Assembly (NCBI RefSeq): GCF_030144855.1
Contig: NC_082710.1
Location: 14,136,001 to 14,200,000 of the forward strand
Direction: 5' to 3'
Source: Hypanus sabinus
Lineage: Eukaryota
Length of the DNA stretch: 64,000 nucleotides
Shown piece by piece: positions 11,382 to 33,000 of this stretch (positions within the stretch are counted from its first letter, which is position 1; each line of letters opens with the position of its first letter). Under the pieces are notes generated by a model that saw nothing but the letters and a program-made list of their open reading frames with translations, did not search any database and was not told the DNA's origin. The position numbers and the translations under genes were made by a program.

Positions 11382-11842
11382 TGTCAGTACCTCCAGTTGA
11401 ACTTTGTCTTGTTGTGTGTTTCCCCCTAGCTGTCAGTCTGTGGTTTTGTATTGCCACGTGCTCCTGCTCTACTCCAGCCCCTGTACTCCGTCTCTCACCT
11501 GTTTCTCATTATTACCTGTATTCTTGCCGCCTGTATCTTATTGTGCTCAGCCTATCATCTGCCTCTCTGTTTATTGCTCAGTGTGTTTCAGACCTGTGTT
11601 TTCACCTGCTTGTTGCCAGATTGGGCTGGTGAATTTTCCTGAGCCTTTCTAGCATTTGTATCTGCCTGCCTGTTGACTCTGCTTGTTTCCCAATTCTGGT
11701 TTTTGGATTTCTCTGGACGTTTTGATCTCTGCCTGAACTTTGATGTTGACTTTATTTGCACCTTGGGACTTGTTACTCAATTAATATCACTGTGTGCTCA
11801 GTACCGGGTCTGCGATCGGACCCCTGCTCCAGCGTCCTGGCA
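11382..11842. mobile_element. Solo LTR (461 bp)
   Basis: TGTCAG...CTGGCA termini, perfect 5-bp TSD CCTTG (11377-11381 / 11843-11847). Confidence 0.75.
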
Positions 11843-13074
11843 CCTTGTTGGAGTGAGTCTCGGGAGTGACATCAAAGTTCACTGACAGTGGTACAGTGGG
11901 GCAGGGCAAACTGCTGGAAAAAATTCTGAAATTTAAAACACACATAATCAAAATATGCATCAATTAATTCATTTTTAATCCTAATGTTTTAGTTATTTTC
12001 CCAAATTATCAGATGTCTTTAAGGAAAGGAAATCTGCCATCTTTATCTGGTCTGATTTACATGACCCCAGGCTCACTGATGTGGTTAATGCTTAATTGCC
12101 TACTGAAATGCATAACTTACTCCTGAAAACCATTACAATGTTATCCAATTTTAACTTCAAATGATGACTTTTCCTGTCTGAACAAATTAGACATCCAACA
12201 TTAGGCTGTTTCACAGAGATTGGAAGCAAATTCCAGAATGCAACCTAAATTCTCTCTTCATATTTGCTGTAGAGTGGTTACTTTTTTTCAAATTCTAAGA
12301 CCTGGCTGTTATGTTGGGAATTACAGATTATTATCCAGGTAAAGGTGGGTGGCAGAATTTAAACACAGGAGATTGTGCAGATGTTGAGATTCCAGAGCAA
12401 CACACACACAAAAATGCTGCTGGAACTCAGCAAGTTAGGCAGCATCTATGGAGATATTTTGGGCTGAGACCCTTCATCAAGAGGGTATCTTGACTAGGTG
12501 TGCAAAAACAGGCATAATGCAAAAGATAATGCAAAACACAAGATGAATTAAAAAGGAGTCAGACGTGTTACAGTCTAGTTAATTTGTTTATTAAAGAGGT
12601 TACCATGTACAGTTTTACAAAGGCGCTTATATTTCCAGCTTCTGATACATTTCAACTTTCAATACTCAAAACTATGTTTTTACTTACAGAGGGCACAGAC
12701 TTATTTAATATGCAGCTCCCCGGATGGAGAACTGTGTGATAAACCGCATAGGTTGAACAAGTTTTAATATACGGTATTTACCAAGCTTTGGTTAATGCAA
12801 CATTACTGCAGTTACCCTTGCCAAGGGCTGTAACACAGCACGCCAGGTGCCACTGACCACTGAACTAACTCCACCAGTTTCGGAAAATTTCAGCGGCAAA
12901 CTGCACAGCAGCAACAGTCAGCACTGAGGGTCTCAGAGAACCCACCTCCTCTCAAAGAATGCTCATTCACATGCAACCTGGTGATCCCTATCCAATGAGA
13001 GTCAGAGAGTTGACAGTGCCAGGAGAGGTCTGAAAAATCTACTCTTAACAAAATAGATTACAGGCATAGAACGA

Positions 13075-13400
13075 TTGGACAGGCAGAGCCTTTTTCCCAG
13101 GCAGAAATGGCTAGTATGAGGGGGCATAACTTTAAGGTGAATGTGACAAAAAATATAGGGGTGGGGTGGGAATGTCAGAGATAAGTTCTTTACACATAGT
13201 GATGGGTGCTGGAATGCACTGGCAGGGGTGGTGGCAGAGGCAGATACATTAGGAACATTTCAGAGGCTCTTAGATAAGAACATGGATGATAGAAAAATGC
13301 AGAGCAACACAAGAAGGAAGAGTTAGATTGGTGTTAGAGTAGGGTATACGGTCAGCACAGCATCGCAGGCTGAAGGGCCTGTACTGTGCTGTAATGTTCT
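13075..13400 (+). mobile_element. CR1 LINE 3' end
   Basis: ...gaggggcataactttaaggtga...gggcctgtactgtgctgtaatgttctat. Confidence 0.75.
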
Positions 13401-13979
13401 ATAGGTCAGTGATAATAAACATGGTACGGGGTTTTTTCACTTATCCCATTCCCAAATCCTTTCACTTCACTCCATTATTATCTTTTTTGACATTTGAGCT
13501 CCCTACAACAGTCCTTTCCTTTCATCCCTTCCTCTCCTCACTTTCCCTGCAATTTAGAGAATCAGGCTTTAATATTTTTCCACTTTGAATGAACCTAGTA
13601 GACCTGGAAGTTAACACTCTTATATTTTTATATAAGTTTTATATATTATATTTAAAGTCCTGATCCTTTCAGCTCAGGGTAATAACCGACTGGTAAAACA
13701 AAATTGATATCGAAACAGCAATGAAGAATCTTTCTATATCTGTGTGTGACCCTATGGACAAGAGAGAGATGGAGGTAGGTACATGGTGCTTAGAAAAATA
13801 GAGGGCTATGGGTAACCCTAGGTAACTTCTGAAGTAAGGCCCACAGCTTTGTGGGCTGAAGGGCCTGTATTGTGCTGTAGGTTTTCTATGTTTCTAATTG
13901 TGCACACAGATTGTATTGCCTCACATAAGTATTTCACGATGAGAGGATCAGAATGGAACAGATTAAAGAAATGACTTAT

Positions 13980-14270
13980 TTACTGCCCATTACACCACTG
14001 GTGTTTAGGGCAGCAATGAAGGTGCTCCATCTCTGTCTGTCCATACAGTCACACATAGATATTGAAGGATTCTTCATTGCTGTTTCGATATCAGTTTTGT
14101 TTTACCAAACAGGGTTGTTAGCCTTGAACTAAAACTCTGAACCTGAAGGACTTTTACTACGGCCTCTACGCTTTGACCAGTTTGCCATGGCTGACGCTAC
14201 CAAGAGCTAAAGCATAGAGCCCTGGCTCCAGCTCTCCAGGTCATTGAGGCATGCCAGGCTCCAAGCCCTA
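13980..14270 (-). mobile_element. Non-autonomous RTE-derived element (related copies at 13660-13773 + and 17430-17815 +)
   Basis: Shared motifs ctcagggctaacaaccctg...ggtaaaa and cttcattgctgccctaa. Confidence 0.55.
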
Positions 14271-14829
14271 TGAAAAAAATCATATTATTTCTTATATTAT
14301 ATTCATTTATTTCTTCAAGATTACCTTTATTTTTCACATGTACATTGAAGCATACAGTGAAATGTGTTGTGTCAAATCGCGAGCACTGCGCTGGGCAGCC
14401 CAGAAGTGTTGCCATGCTTCTGGTGTCAACCTAGTATGCTCTCAACATACCAGCCCTAACTTGTACGTCTCTAGAATGTGGGAGGAAACCCAGGCAGTCA
14501 CCAGGAGCGTGTACAAACTCCTTACAGACTGCAGCTGGAATCCAACCCCAGTCTTACAGCTGGCACACTGTAAATTGTTGTGGTAACTATATCACTTATC
14601 TGCTACCCAAATAGCTCTAATTGGTTGAACAGGGGAAACTCCAACTGCACTCAGGAGCTGGGCACCATCCAGAATAAATTAGCCCACTTTATCTGTACTC
14701 CATAATTGCCAGTTTCTCTCCCTGGTGTACTTCTGCCACCTAAAGAATATATTTGGAGTTACTAGTGCTGATACTTCAACAGCATCACACAAGCTTGCAC
14801 TCCCTACCACCAACCTGTACATTCTCATT

Positions 14830-15637
14830 TTAAAATCTTTTTTATTATTGAAGATCAACAAAAAGATACATTAATGTCATTATATACAATGAAGAATTAA
14901 ATTAGCAAATAACTGATTAACAAAGCTAAACAATATATCAGTAAGAAAAATTAAAGTTAATATTTTTTGAAAGAAAAAAGGAAAAAAAAACCCCCTATTT
15001 CTTCAGGTCTTTTGCTGTTACCCTTAGATTCTTTCTCACCTCCTTCAGCATAGCACGTGGTGCTCTTGGTGTGATCTTTGCAGGATGCCCACTCCTAGGG
15101 AAAGTAGCAACAGGACTGAGCTTCCTCCATTTGTAGACAATTTCTCTTATTGTGGACTGATGAACACTCAGGTCTTCAGAAATGCTTTTGTAGCCTTTTC
15201 CAGCTTCATGCATCTCTACAATTCTTCTTTTAAGGTCTTCTGAAAGGTGTTTTGATTGAGGCATGGTGCAGATAAACAGATCTTTCTTGAGAAGAGCAGG
15301 CTCTGTCAGTAACCTGACTTTATGTTTCTTTTTCGTAGGGCAGGGCACCTCTACAACCCACACCTCCAATCCCATCTCATTGACTGGAACACCCGACTCC
15401 AAATAGCTTTTGCAGTAGACACTAACCCAGAGGTTCGCATACTTTTTCCAATAAATACATGTAATATTGGATCAATTTTCTCAATAAATAAGTGAACATG
15501 TATAATGTTTTTGCGATTATTTCTCTAACTGGGTTCTCTATCTAGTTTTAGGACTTACATGAAGATCTGATCACACCTTAGGTCATATTTATGCAGAAAG
15601 AGAAAATTCTACAGGGTTCACAAACTTTCTAGCACTG
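14830..15637 (-). mobile_element. Tc1-family DNA transposon, 5' part with transposase HTH remnant
   Basis: TA-CAGTGCTAGAAAGTTTGTGAACCC TIR; MPQSKHLSEDLKRRIVEMHEAGKGYKSISEDLSVHQSTIREIVYKWRK...PRSGHPAKIT. Confidence 0.9.
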
Positions 15638-16769
15638 TAAATAGAAGTGCTCGAAGAGACATCATCATGTGTCGTGCCACCAAATTTGTTTATAACAAAA
15701 TCACATTATTGCACTTTAGAGGTCAAATTACAAAATATATGATAGCTACTATATGTTTTGCATTATCATTTTAACTTTCTTTTTCATGGCTTAAATATCT
15801 TCCACTCTAAAGTACTGAATCTGTACGAATAGTTAATTTTTTACATTGATAGAATAGCTCTAATTATAAATTTCCAATTCAGTAACAAAAATAACAATAC
15901 TTTTCTTCACCCAGGTGCATCTCAAAGATAAACACATTTAAATCAAAGGCATTTACACCAGTGCAAAGCTCCCTCAAGATTGCTCTGGAATATTTCCTTC
16001 TGTTACTGGCTCAAGTCTATGGAACATGACTTGGGCCAGTTCATGTTCATTGATCCTGTTTACAGGTACTGTTCTATACATTTGCTAAGTAGGAAATGCA
16101 GAAATTGCGTGCAGGAAAAAGAATCTCAGGGTCGTATGTACCCTGATAAGATTTTACTTTGAACTTTGATGACTTTAACTCACAACTTTCTGACCCAGAA
16201 ATGACGGTACAGTCCAATGAACAGTTGGTTCATTGGCAAGTTCCTCATCACAAGCAATCCTGCAACTTCAGCACACAGCTTGGTTGTCCATATCTTTGTT
16301 TTTGTATGTTTATCATAACTATATAAGGGACATGCCTGTCCTAGCACGGAAAGTCAGCCCTGGCAGATTGGGTGGATGAGATCAAGTGAGAGTGGCGGGC
16401 ATTTCCTCAACACTTCATACAGAGAAACGGCACGACCAGACACAGAAGAAGTCACTGCAACCAATGAAGATCGCAGTTGTGATGACGACTTGTACCACTG
16501 GACCCGGACTTTCAAGGTCAAGAGAGCCAAAGTGCAATGGCTTTTCCACTTTATAAACTCTCCTGCACGGGTTTGTTTGTGCAATTCAAATCATCTAACA
16601 GAAGAACTGCACAAATCTGTCATTGTTGGATACAACAGACAACCAAATCTATCAGCCAAACAGTATTTAGTTCCTACAGAACTGAGAGCAAATGCAACCT
16701 GTAAATGAAAAGCAATGATATTTCTTCAATTCTTTATCAGCTTTAACAATATTGACTTATACATCTTGG

Positions 16770-16775
16770 TTTAAT
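16770..16775 (-). terminator. Candidate AK6 polyadenylation signal (ATTAAA)
   Basis: ATTAAA on the minus strand ~285 nt after the AK6 stop; motif and position only. Confidence 0.35.
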
Positions 16776-16957
16776 AGCAAAATGTCTGCATTGATCATTA
16801 TACAATTCTGTTTTTAAATACACAAGCAAATATCTGTACAGTCAAAATGTTTTGTGTTTTCCACTGTGCTCTTTCACATTGTTACAGACAGCCCGATGAA
16901 AACCAGCTGTCTCAACAAACTAGTTTCTCTTTAAGCCAGCAATCAATCTTCTAAAGC

Positions 16958-17035
16958 CAGGGGTTCCCAACCTATTTTATGCCATGGACCAATACCATTA
17001 AGCAAAGGGTCCATGGACCCCAGCTTGGAAAACCC
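16958..17035. mobile_element. Short hAT-type MITE in the AK6 3' UTR
   Basis: CAGGGGTTCCCAACC start and imperfect inverted end gcttggaaaaccc. Confidence 0.55.
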
Positions 17036-17059
17036 AAAACCGTCCTTAATTGCTAGCAT

Positions 17060-27108
<10,049 letters not shown>

Positions 27109-27407
27109 GCTGATAGACACGAGCACCCACCCGTGGGGTCTTTCGCTCGACTTGAGCCGCCTCCCTCTGCGTCACGGCTCGTTCGGCTCACTGCCGGAAT
27201 AATCAGAAACATTTCACGCACATACAGACCACTCCCAATAATTCAATATTGATTGTGTGGGAAACATTGGCTCTCCCGATACCGTCGCTACATCAAGGAA
27301 CATAACGGGCAAAATTCTGGATAACTAAAATAGGGTTGCGAGCTGAGACTGGAGAAAGGGAGGACCCCTTGGTGATAGGTTGTTAAATCGGTGTGAGGAG
27401 TGAATTG
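27109..27407. promoter_or_regulatory. AK6/RAD17 bidirectional promoter including probable non-coding RAD17 exon 1
   Basis: CpG-enriched. CRE-like TGCGTCA 27168-27174, ETS core CCGGAA 27194-27199, CCAAT 27235-27239 and ATTGG 27266-27270. Plus-strand donor G|GTGAGT at 27407/27408. Same head-to-head layout as human AK6/RAD17. Confidence 0.7.
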
Positions 27408-28388
27408 GTGAGTGTAAATTGTGTGTAATGCGGAGTGTTATGTCTATCATGCGTCTCCTGGGGTGCGTAACGTGTAATGTCTGTGTAATGTGTGTCGTGG
27501 GCTGGCTGGGGTGCCCGGGGCTGGGCTGTCATGTATCCCGGTACATAATGATGTGCTTTCGGTCAGCTGGAGAAAGTTTTGCTCTCTTCTGCGAACCTGA
27601 ACACTCAGACACTTGCCCCATTTTCACCTTCCACCTTCACTGCTTCTCTGCCTCATTTCAATTAGAGTGAAATCAGACCGTCTGTATCTGTGCTGTCACT
27701 GGCACTCCCTCTGTTCCTTTCCTCTGCAATATAATTTGATTACTATTTTTACTCATTTCTGCCCAAAGCTCGTTGACCTGAGACACTAAGTTGTTTTTAT
27801 TGTGTGCACTGAAGCAGGAGAACCCTGAATATTTGTAGCTTTTTCTCATTTTTATTGTGATTCTTTGTGTCAGAAGTGATGGTAATAAACTATTTTCCTT
27901 TTTAAATCATACAGAATTAATCATCTTCATAACAAAACTGTGAAACTTTTTAAATTATGCTTAGAAATATTTCTTATTGTGGCTTGCCTGTGTCCAGCTA
28001 TTTAATAGCTGACTAAGTTATTTGATTGCAGTTTACTGTTTCCTACACTCAGAAAATAGCTTGTGTAATGCTATATTGTTGTATCCCATTTGACAATTTT
28101 AATTAATCATTGAATTGTTGAAAATTATATAATGTCCTTGATTTTCTTTCTGGATTCTCTTTGTACCTAATGGATGGAGAACTGTGAACATCTGTGGTAG
28201 TTTCTCACAGCAAGTAAATTGTATGAGGAAAAATATTTCCTGGATTTTAATGAAGTTGATGAATATGAACCATTAAAAGAATCAAAGATACTTGAAAATA
28301 GTTCTTTCTTAAGTCCCCTCCTCCTTTCGGCTACAGCCATGGACATTATTTACATGATATCTGTTATTTTTAATTAATTATTTTTAAG

Positions 28389-28549
28389 AATCGTAACTTG
28401 ATATGGGTTGTTTGATACAACTGAAAATAAACTTTCTGTAAAGCATTTTCAGCCATTGTGTCAGCCTGTAGCTGGACATAACCTGACCACCAATAACTTC
28501 ATGATGTCGGTATCTTTTCTGAGCTGAATGGTTGTTCCTGGTGAACCAG
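28389..28549 (+). other. RAD17: Probable RAD17 5' exon ending GTG AAC CAG|gtaaaa
   Basis: T-rich acceptor tttttaag before ~28389 and CAG|GTAAAA donor; terminal codons resemble the human short-isoform start M-N-Q. Confidence 0.4.
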
Positions 28550-28561
28550 GTAAAAGATTTA

Positions 28562-28660
28562 CAGTCCTGACGAAGGGTCTCGGCCCGAAACCTCAACAGT
28601 GCTTCTCCCTATAGATGCTGCCTGGCCTGCTGCATTCCACCAGCATCTTGTGTGTGTTGC
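28562..28660 (+). mobile_element. Penelope-like element pLTR fragment with hammerhead-like motif
   Basis: cagtc-ctgacga-agggtctcggccc-gaaac-ctcaacag followed by atagatgctgcctggcctgctg... Confidence 0.75.
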
Positions 28661-30049
28661 AGAAGATTTACAGCTATATTTTGGGAACGTAGTTTCTGCA
28701 ACAGGCCTCAGATGTTGTATTTTTAAAAACCACACAGTGCAATTTTGCACTTGTATGGGCATTGATTGCTCTTGGTAATTATTTTCTCTTTTTTTCTTTT
28801 CCTTTTCCCCCTTCCCTCTTTCATTTCCTATTTGGCCTCTTACATCTTTTCCTCATCTGCCTATTACCTCCCACTGGTGGCCCTGCTTCCCTTTCTCCCA
28901 TGGTCCACTCTATTCTCCGATCAGATTCCTTCCTCTCCAACCCTTTACCCTTCCCATCCACCTAGCCTCACCTATCACCTTCCAGCTTGTCCTCCTTCCC
29001 CTTCCCCCTTGGTTTTATTTGGTCATCTTCCCCCGTACTTTTCAGTACTGATGAAGGGGCTGACCAGAAATGGCAACTGTTTAAGTTTAAAGTTCAAAGT
29101 ATATTTATTCAAAGTATGCATCTGTATACAACCTTGAGATTTGTCTCCTTACGGGCAGCCACAAAACAAAGGAACCCAATAAAACCCATTTGTTTTTTTA
29201 AAAAAAGACCATTGAACACCCAATGTGCAGAGAAAAAACAAATCCCGCAAACAATAAAAGTAAACAAATAGCACTTTGAGCTGAAGGTCACGGAAGTGAC
29301 TCTGTAGCCGATTTTAGAGGCCTGTCAGTTGCACTCCATGGCTGTAGTTCAGTGCAGAGATGAGTAAATCACTTGGAGCAGAGAGCTGAACCTCGCCTCT
29401 GGCCCTAACACCCTGACCTTTCAATTTTGGTCCGCCACTTAAATCATTCAAACCTCATTCACTTCCATAGATGCTGCCTGACCTGCCGAGTTCCTCCAGC
29501 ATTTTGTGCATGTTGCTCTGGATTTCCAGCATCTGTGGAATCTCTTGTGCTGATAATTTTCTCATTAGTGTGTAGTGCTCAATTCCTGAGGAAATAAGGA
29601 AAACAATTGCTGATTCTGTGAATGGGTGACAGAAGCAAACAACACTTAACCACTTCAGCAGCATGTGTGGGAAGAACAACGTGATTGATGAGCTTTTCTC
29701 GGAACTGGAAAAACGTTTTAAAAGCACACTTTTAATATACACAGAGAGGAATGGAGGCGAGAATGCCTGTGATGGGTTCAAAGGCTGAAGTTGTTTGTGC
29801 AAGGCAAAGGTGGGGTTTAGTTAGAAAGAATATAAAGATGATTTTCAGAAGAACTGTAGGTGAAGGTACTGCAGCTGAATATTACCTTTAATTGTTGAAC
29901 CTAATGTTGAGTTCTAGAGGATAGTATGGACAAAAAAGTACAATATCAAAGCTACATTCGCATACTCTTTCTTTTTCAAGGTGGGGTTTTCTTTATCATT
30001 TTATTGATGACAGTGTGGATCGTAGCCCACATATGACTTCCGGCAGCCG

Positions 30050-30094
30050 ATGATGTCAAAATCTTCTCTCGGCAGAAAGGTTGTTTCTGCTAAG
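30050..30094 (+). CDS. RAD17: RAD17 first coding exon (MMSKSSLGRKVVSAK)
   Basis: Resembles the human long-isoform N-terminus MSKTFLRPKVSSTK. AAG|gtaaga donor, phase 0. Probable acceptor gacag| ends at 30013. Confidence 0.85.
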
Positions 30095-33000
30095 GTAAGA
30101 GTATTTCACAGCAGCACTTTGAGAATATGAGATTTTTGCACCATGTTGTAGTTCTAGTACCTGCATTGAGAATACACATTTATCTTTAGTTTCTGTGATC
30201 ATACAACTTAACTTAAAGAATAGTATTAGCAAATCAGATCCTTGTGCTTTGGCTGTGTTCTAATTTTATAGCCACACATATCTCTAGTGCCGGGCATGCT
30301 GGTCTCTGCCTGCTAATATTATGATAATAATGGGCAGACTTCTAGTGACATGCTTGCTGGCATCTGTACACTAACATTGGCATAATAACGGGCAGACCTC
30401 TAGTGCCACGCATGCTGGCGTCTGTAAGTTAATATTACATGATGTTGTGGGCATCACTTAGTAGCTGAAAAAAGATCACAGTTGGGAGCATAATATCCAA
30501 GGATACCCAGTGTATCGAAAGGAAGGGCAGGTAGGCAGAGGGGGTGGGGTGGCTCTGTTGTTACAAATGCAATGAAGTCCTTATAAAGAGGTGACATAGG
30601 ATTGGAAGATGTAAAATCCTTTTGGGGAGAGTTAAGAAACTGCAAGAGTGAAAAAGATGCTCATGAGAATTACATACAGGCCTCTGAACAGCAGCAAGGA
30701 TGTGGGGTACGAATTATTCGAGGAGATGAAATAACAAAGAATAGACAATAGATAGTAGGTGCAGGAGTAGGCCATTCGGCCCTTCTAGCCAGCACCGCCA
30801 CTTACTGTGATCATGGCTGATCATACGCAATCAGTACCCCGTTCCTGCCCTCTCCCCATATCCCTTGACCCCGCTATATATAAGAGCTCTATCTAACTCT
30901 CTCTTGAATGCATCCAGAGACTTGGCCTCCACTGCCTTCTGGGGCAGAGCATTCCACTTATCCAACACTCTCTGGGTGAAAAAGTTTTTCCGCATCTCTG
31001 TTCTAAATGGCCTACCCCGTATTCTTAAACTGTGGTCTCTAGTTCTGGACTCACCCATCAGCGGGAACATGCTTCCTGCCTCCAGTGTGTCCAATCATCT
31101 ACAGATGCAGTAAATAAACAGGTAATGACAATATTTCTTTTGAACACATGCCGCAAGATGAGTTCCTTGATTAAAAGTATTGTGTAAATTGTTATTTCAG
31201 GTGACAGACTGGGTGAATCCATCGTTTGATTGCATCAGCAAATCTCCCTTACCGCAGGTTTCAGACAGAAAGCCATCTGCTTGTTCAAGGTCAAGTGGTG
31301 GGAATCAGAAAATTCTTTGGACTGGAAGTGACAAGAAATTTCATTCCAATACCTTAAATGACACAAAGAGTCAAAAAAGAATTAAAGTATCTCATGCGGA
31401 ACAGATTTTAAGTCACAGTAGGCAAAACTCCACCTCAAATCGCAGTAGTTCCTGGGTGGATGAATATAGACCTCAGACACAGGTAGGAATGTGATTTATA
31501 ATAAATTCCATAATGTATGATGAGCAATATCTTTTAATTTTGGATTTTTACTCCTCGTCTATGTGAAGGATGTAAGTAATAAAGTCAATTCAAATTTCCA
31601 TACTTTTATGAGTTCAGTTTGGAGAAGCTTATTTCTACAGTTATGCAAATAGGTCTGATATCCTGTTACATCTTTATTTATTATTGGAATGTGTTTCTTA
31701 TTGACCTCCCTCTGTCTACCCAGTGTAAAATTCAGATTTTACAAAGCAAATCCTAACTTAGTCTCATTAGCCCTGCAATTTCGGACTTGCATTGACAGTA
31801 TATTCCTGCTTTAGGGAGAGGTTGTGTTCCTAACTAAACCAACCATATGCAAATACTCCATAATGTAAACCTTTTTTACCTTCGTGTTATTTCTGGAGAT
31901 GCAATTCTACAGGAAGCTTTATCTCACAAGTAATGCCCCAACCCTGGGTCCTCAACCTATAGGCACAGGAATTCTCATTTTTGTAGGTAAAAGAGAAAAG
32001 GTTGTTATTTGAATTAACTAGAAACAAATTGTTTGATAAATTATCAATGAAAGGGATTCCTTTGTCAGTTGTCGTCTCCCAAGAGGCTTCTCCTTCCCTC
32101 TGGTGAGGGGAAATTTAGATAGATGGATAATTTATTGACCCCAAAGGAAATGACAGTGTCACAGTAGCATTACGTGTGCACAGATATACAAATATTAGAA
32201 GAGAAGTAAGAAAGAATAAAAAAAGTTACCTTAAAAATAAGATGTACAAGATTTACAAGTCAAAGATTACAAGATTTAGAAGTTTACACATCTTTCCAAG
32301 TGCAATAATTACTGTAATATTATACAGTAATAAGTGCACATTCACAATGTCCAGACAAGAAGTGATGGTACAGGTGTCTGAGACAGCAGGGTATGGTAAA
32401 CAGAGATTAAACAGAGGTTAATAACAGTCTAACAGCATCACTTCCCCGGCTATAGGTCGACTCATTATAGAGCCTAATGGCCGAAGATAAGAATGACCTC
32501 ATAGCACTCTTTGGAGCAGCACAGTGGTCTTAGTCTATTACTAAAAGTGCTCCTCTCAGAAAGTGAAGGAGAAGAGACATATTGATTGGGGAGATTTGTA
32601 GAACGTGAAATGATAACTGGAGTCTGTCAGGACAGATCAGACTGTACCTCCAGCTCAAATCAGAACATGTAAAACTGAAGACTCATTCTTTGAATGTATT
32701 TGTAACAAAGTCACATTAAGAGTGTTGTTTTCAGTTCTGATACCTCCATGTGGAGACTGAAGAGGGTGCAGAAGAGCTTCAGCAATATGTTCCCTGGGTT
32801 AGAGTATTACACCACTCAACCAGCTGATTTATCTTGCTCCTGTAAGCTGCCTCACTACCATCTGAGATTTTGCCAACAACAGTGGTGTCGCTGACAAATT
32901 TATAGATGGTATTTGAGCTGTGCTTGGCCACACAGTAATGAATGTAGAGCAGAGTAAAGTAGAAAGCTAGGAAGTCTAGAGCCACTCTCAAAGTAAGGGG

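Noticed and set aside
12570-13030. Possible distal minus-strand terminal exon (acceptor ~13030, AATAAA ~12586)
   Set aside because: Short motifs in AT-rich DNA cannot be supported without transcript data.
14995-15402. Functional transposase gene
   Set aside because: Only the N-terminal HTH is present; it stops before the DDE domain.
16376-16708. 110-aa plus-strand ORF, and a minus-strand acceptor at 16698 as an alternative AK6 last exon
   Set aside because: No recognisable homology; splicing from exon 4 would stop after 8 codons; motif evidence only.
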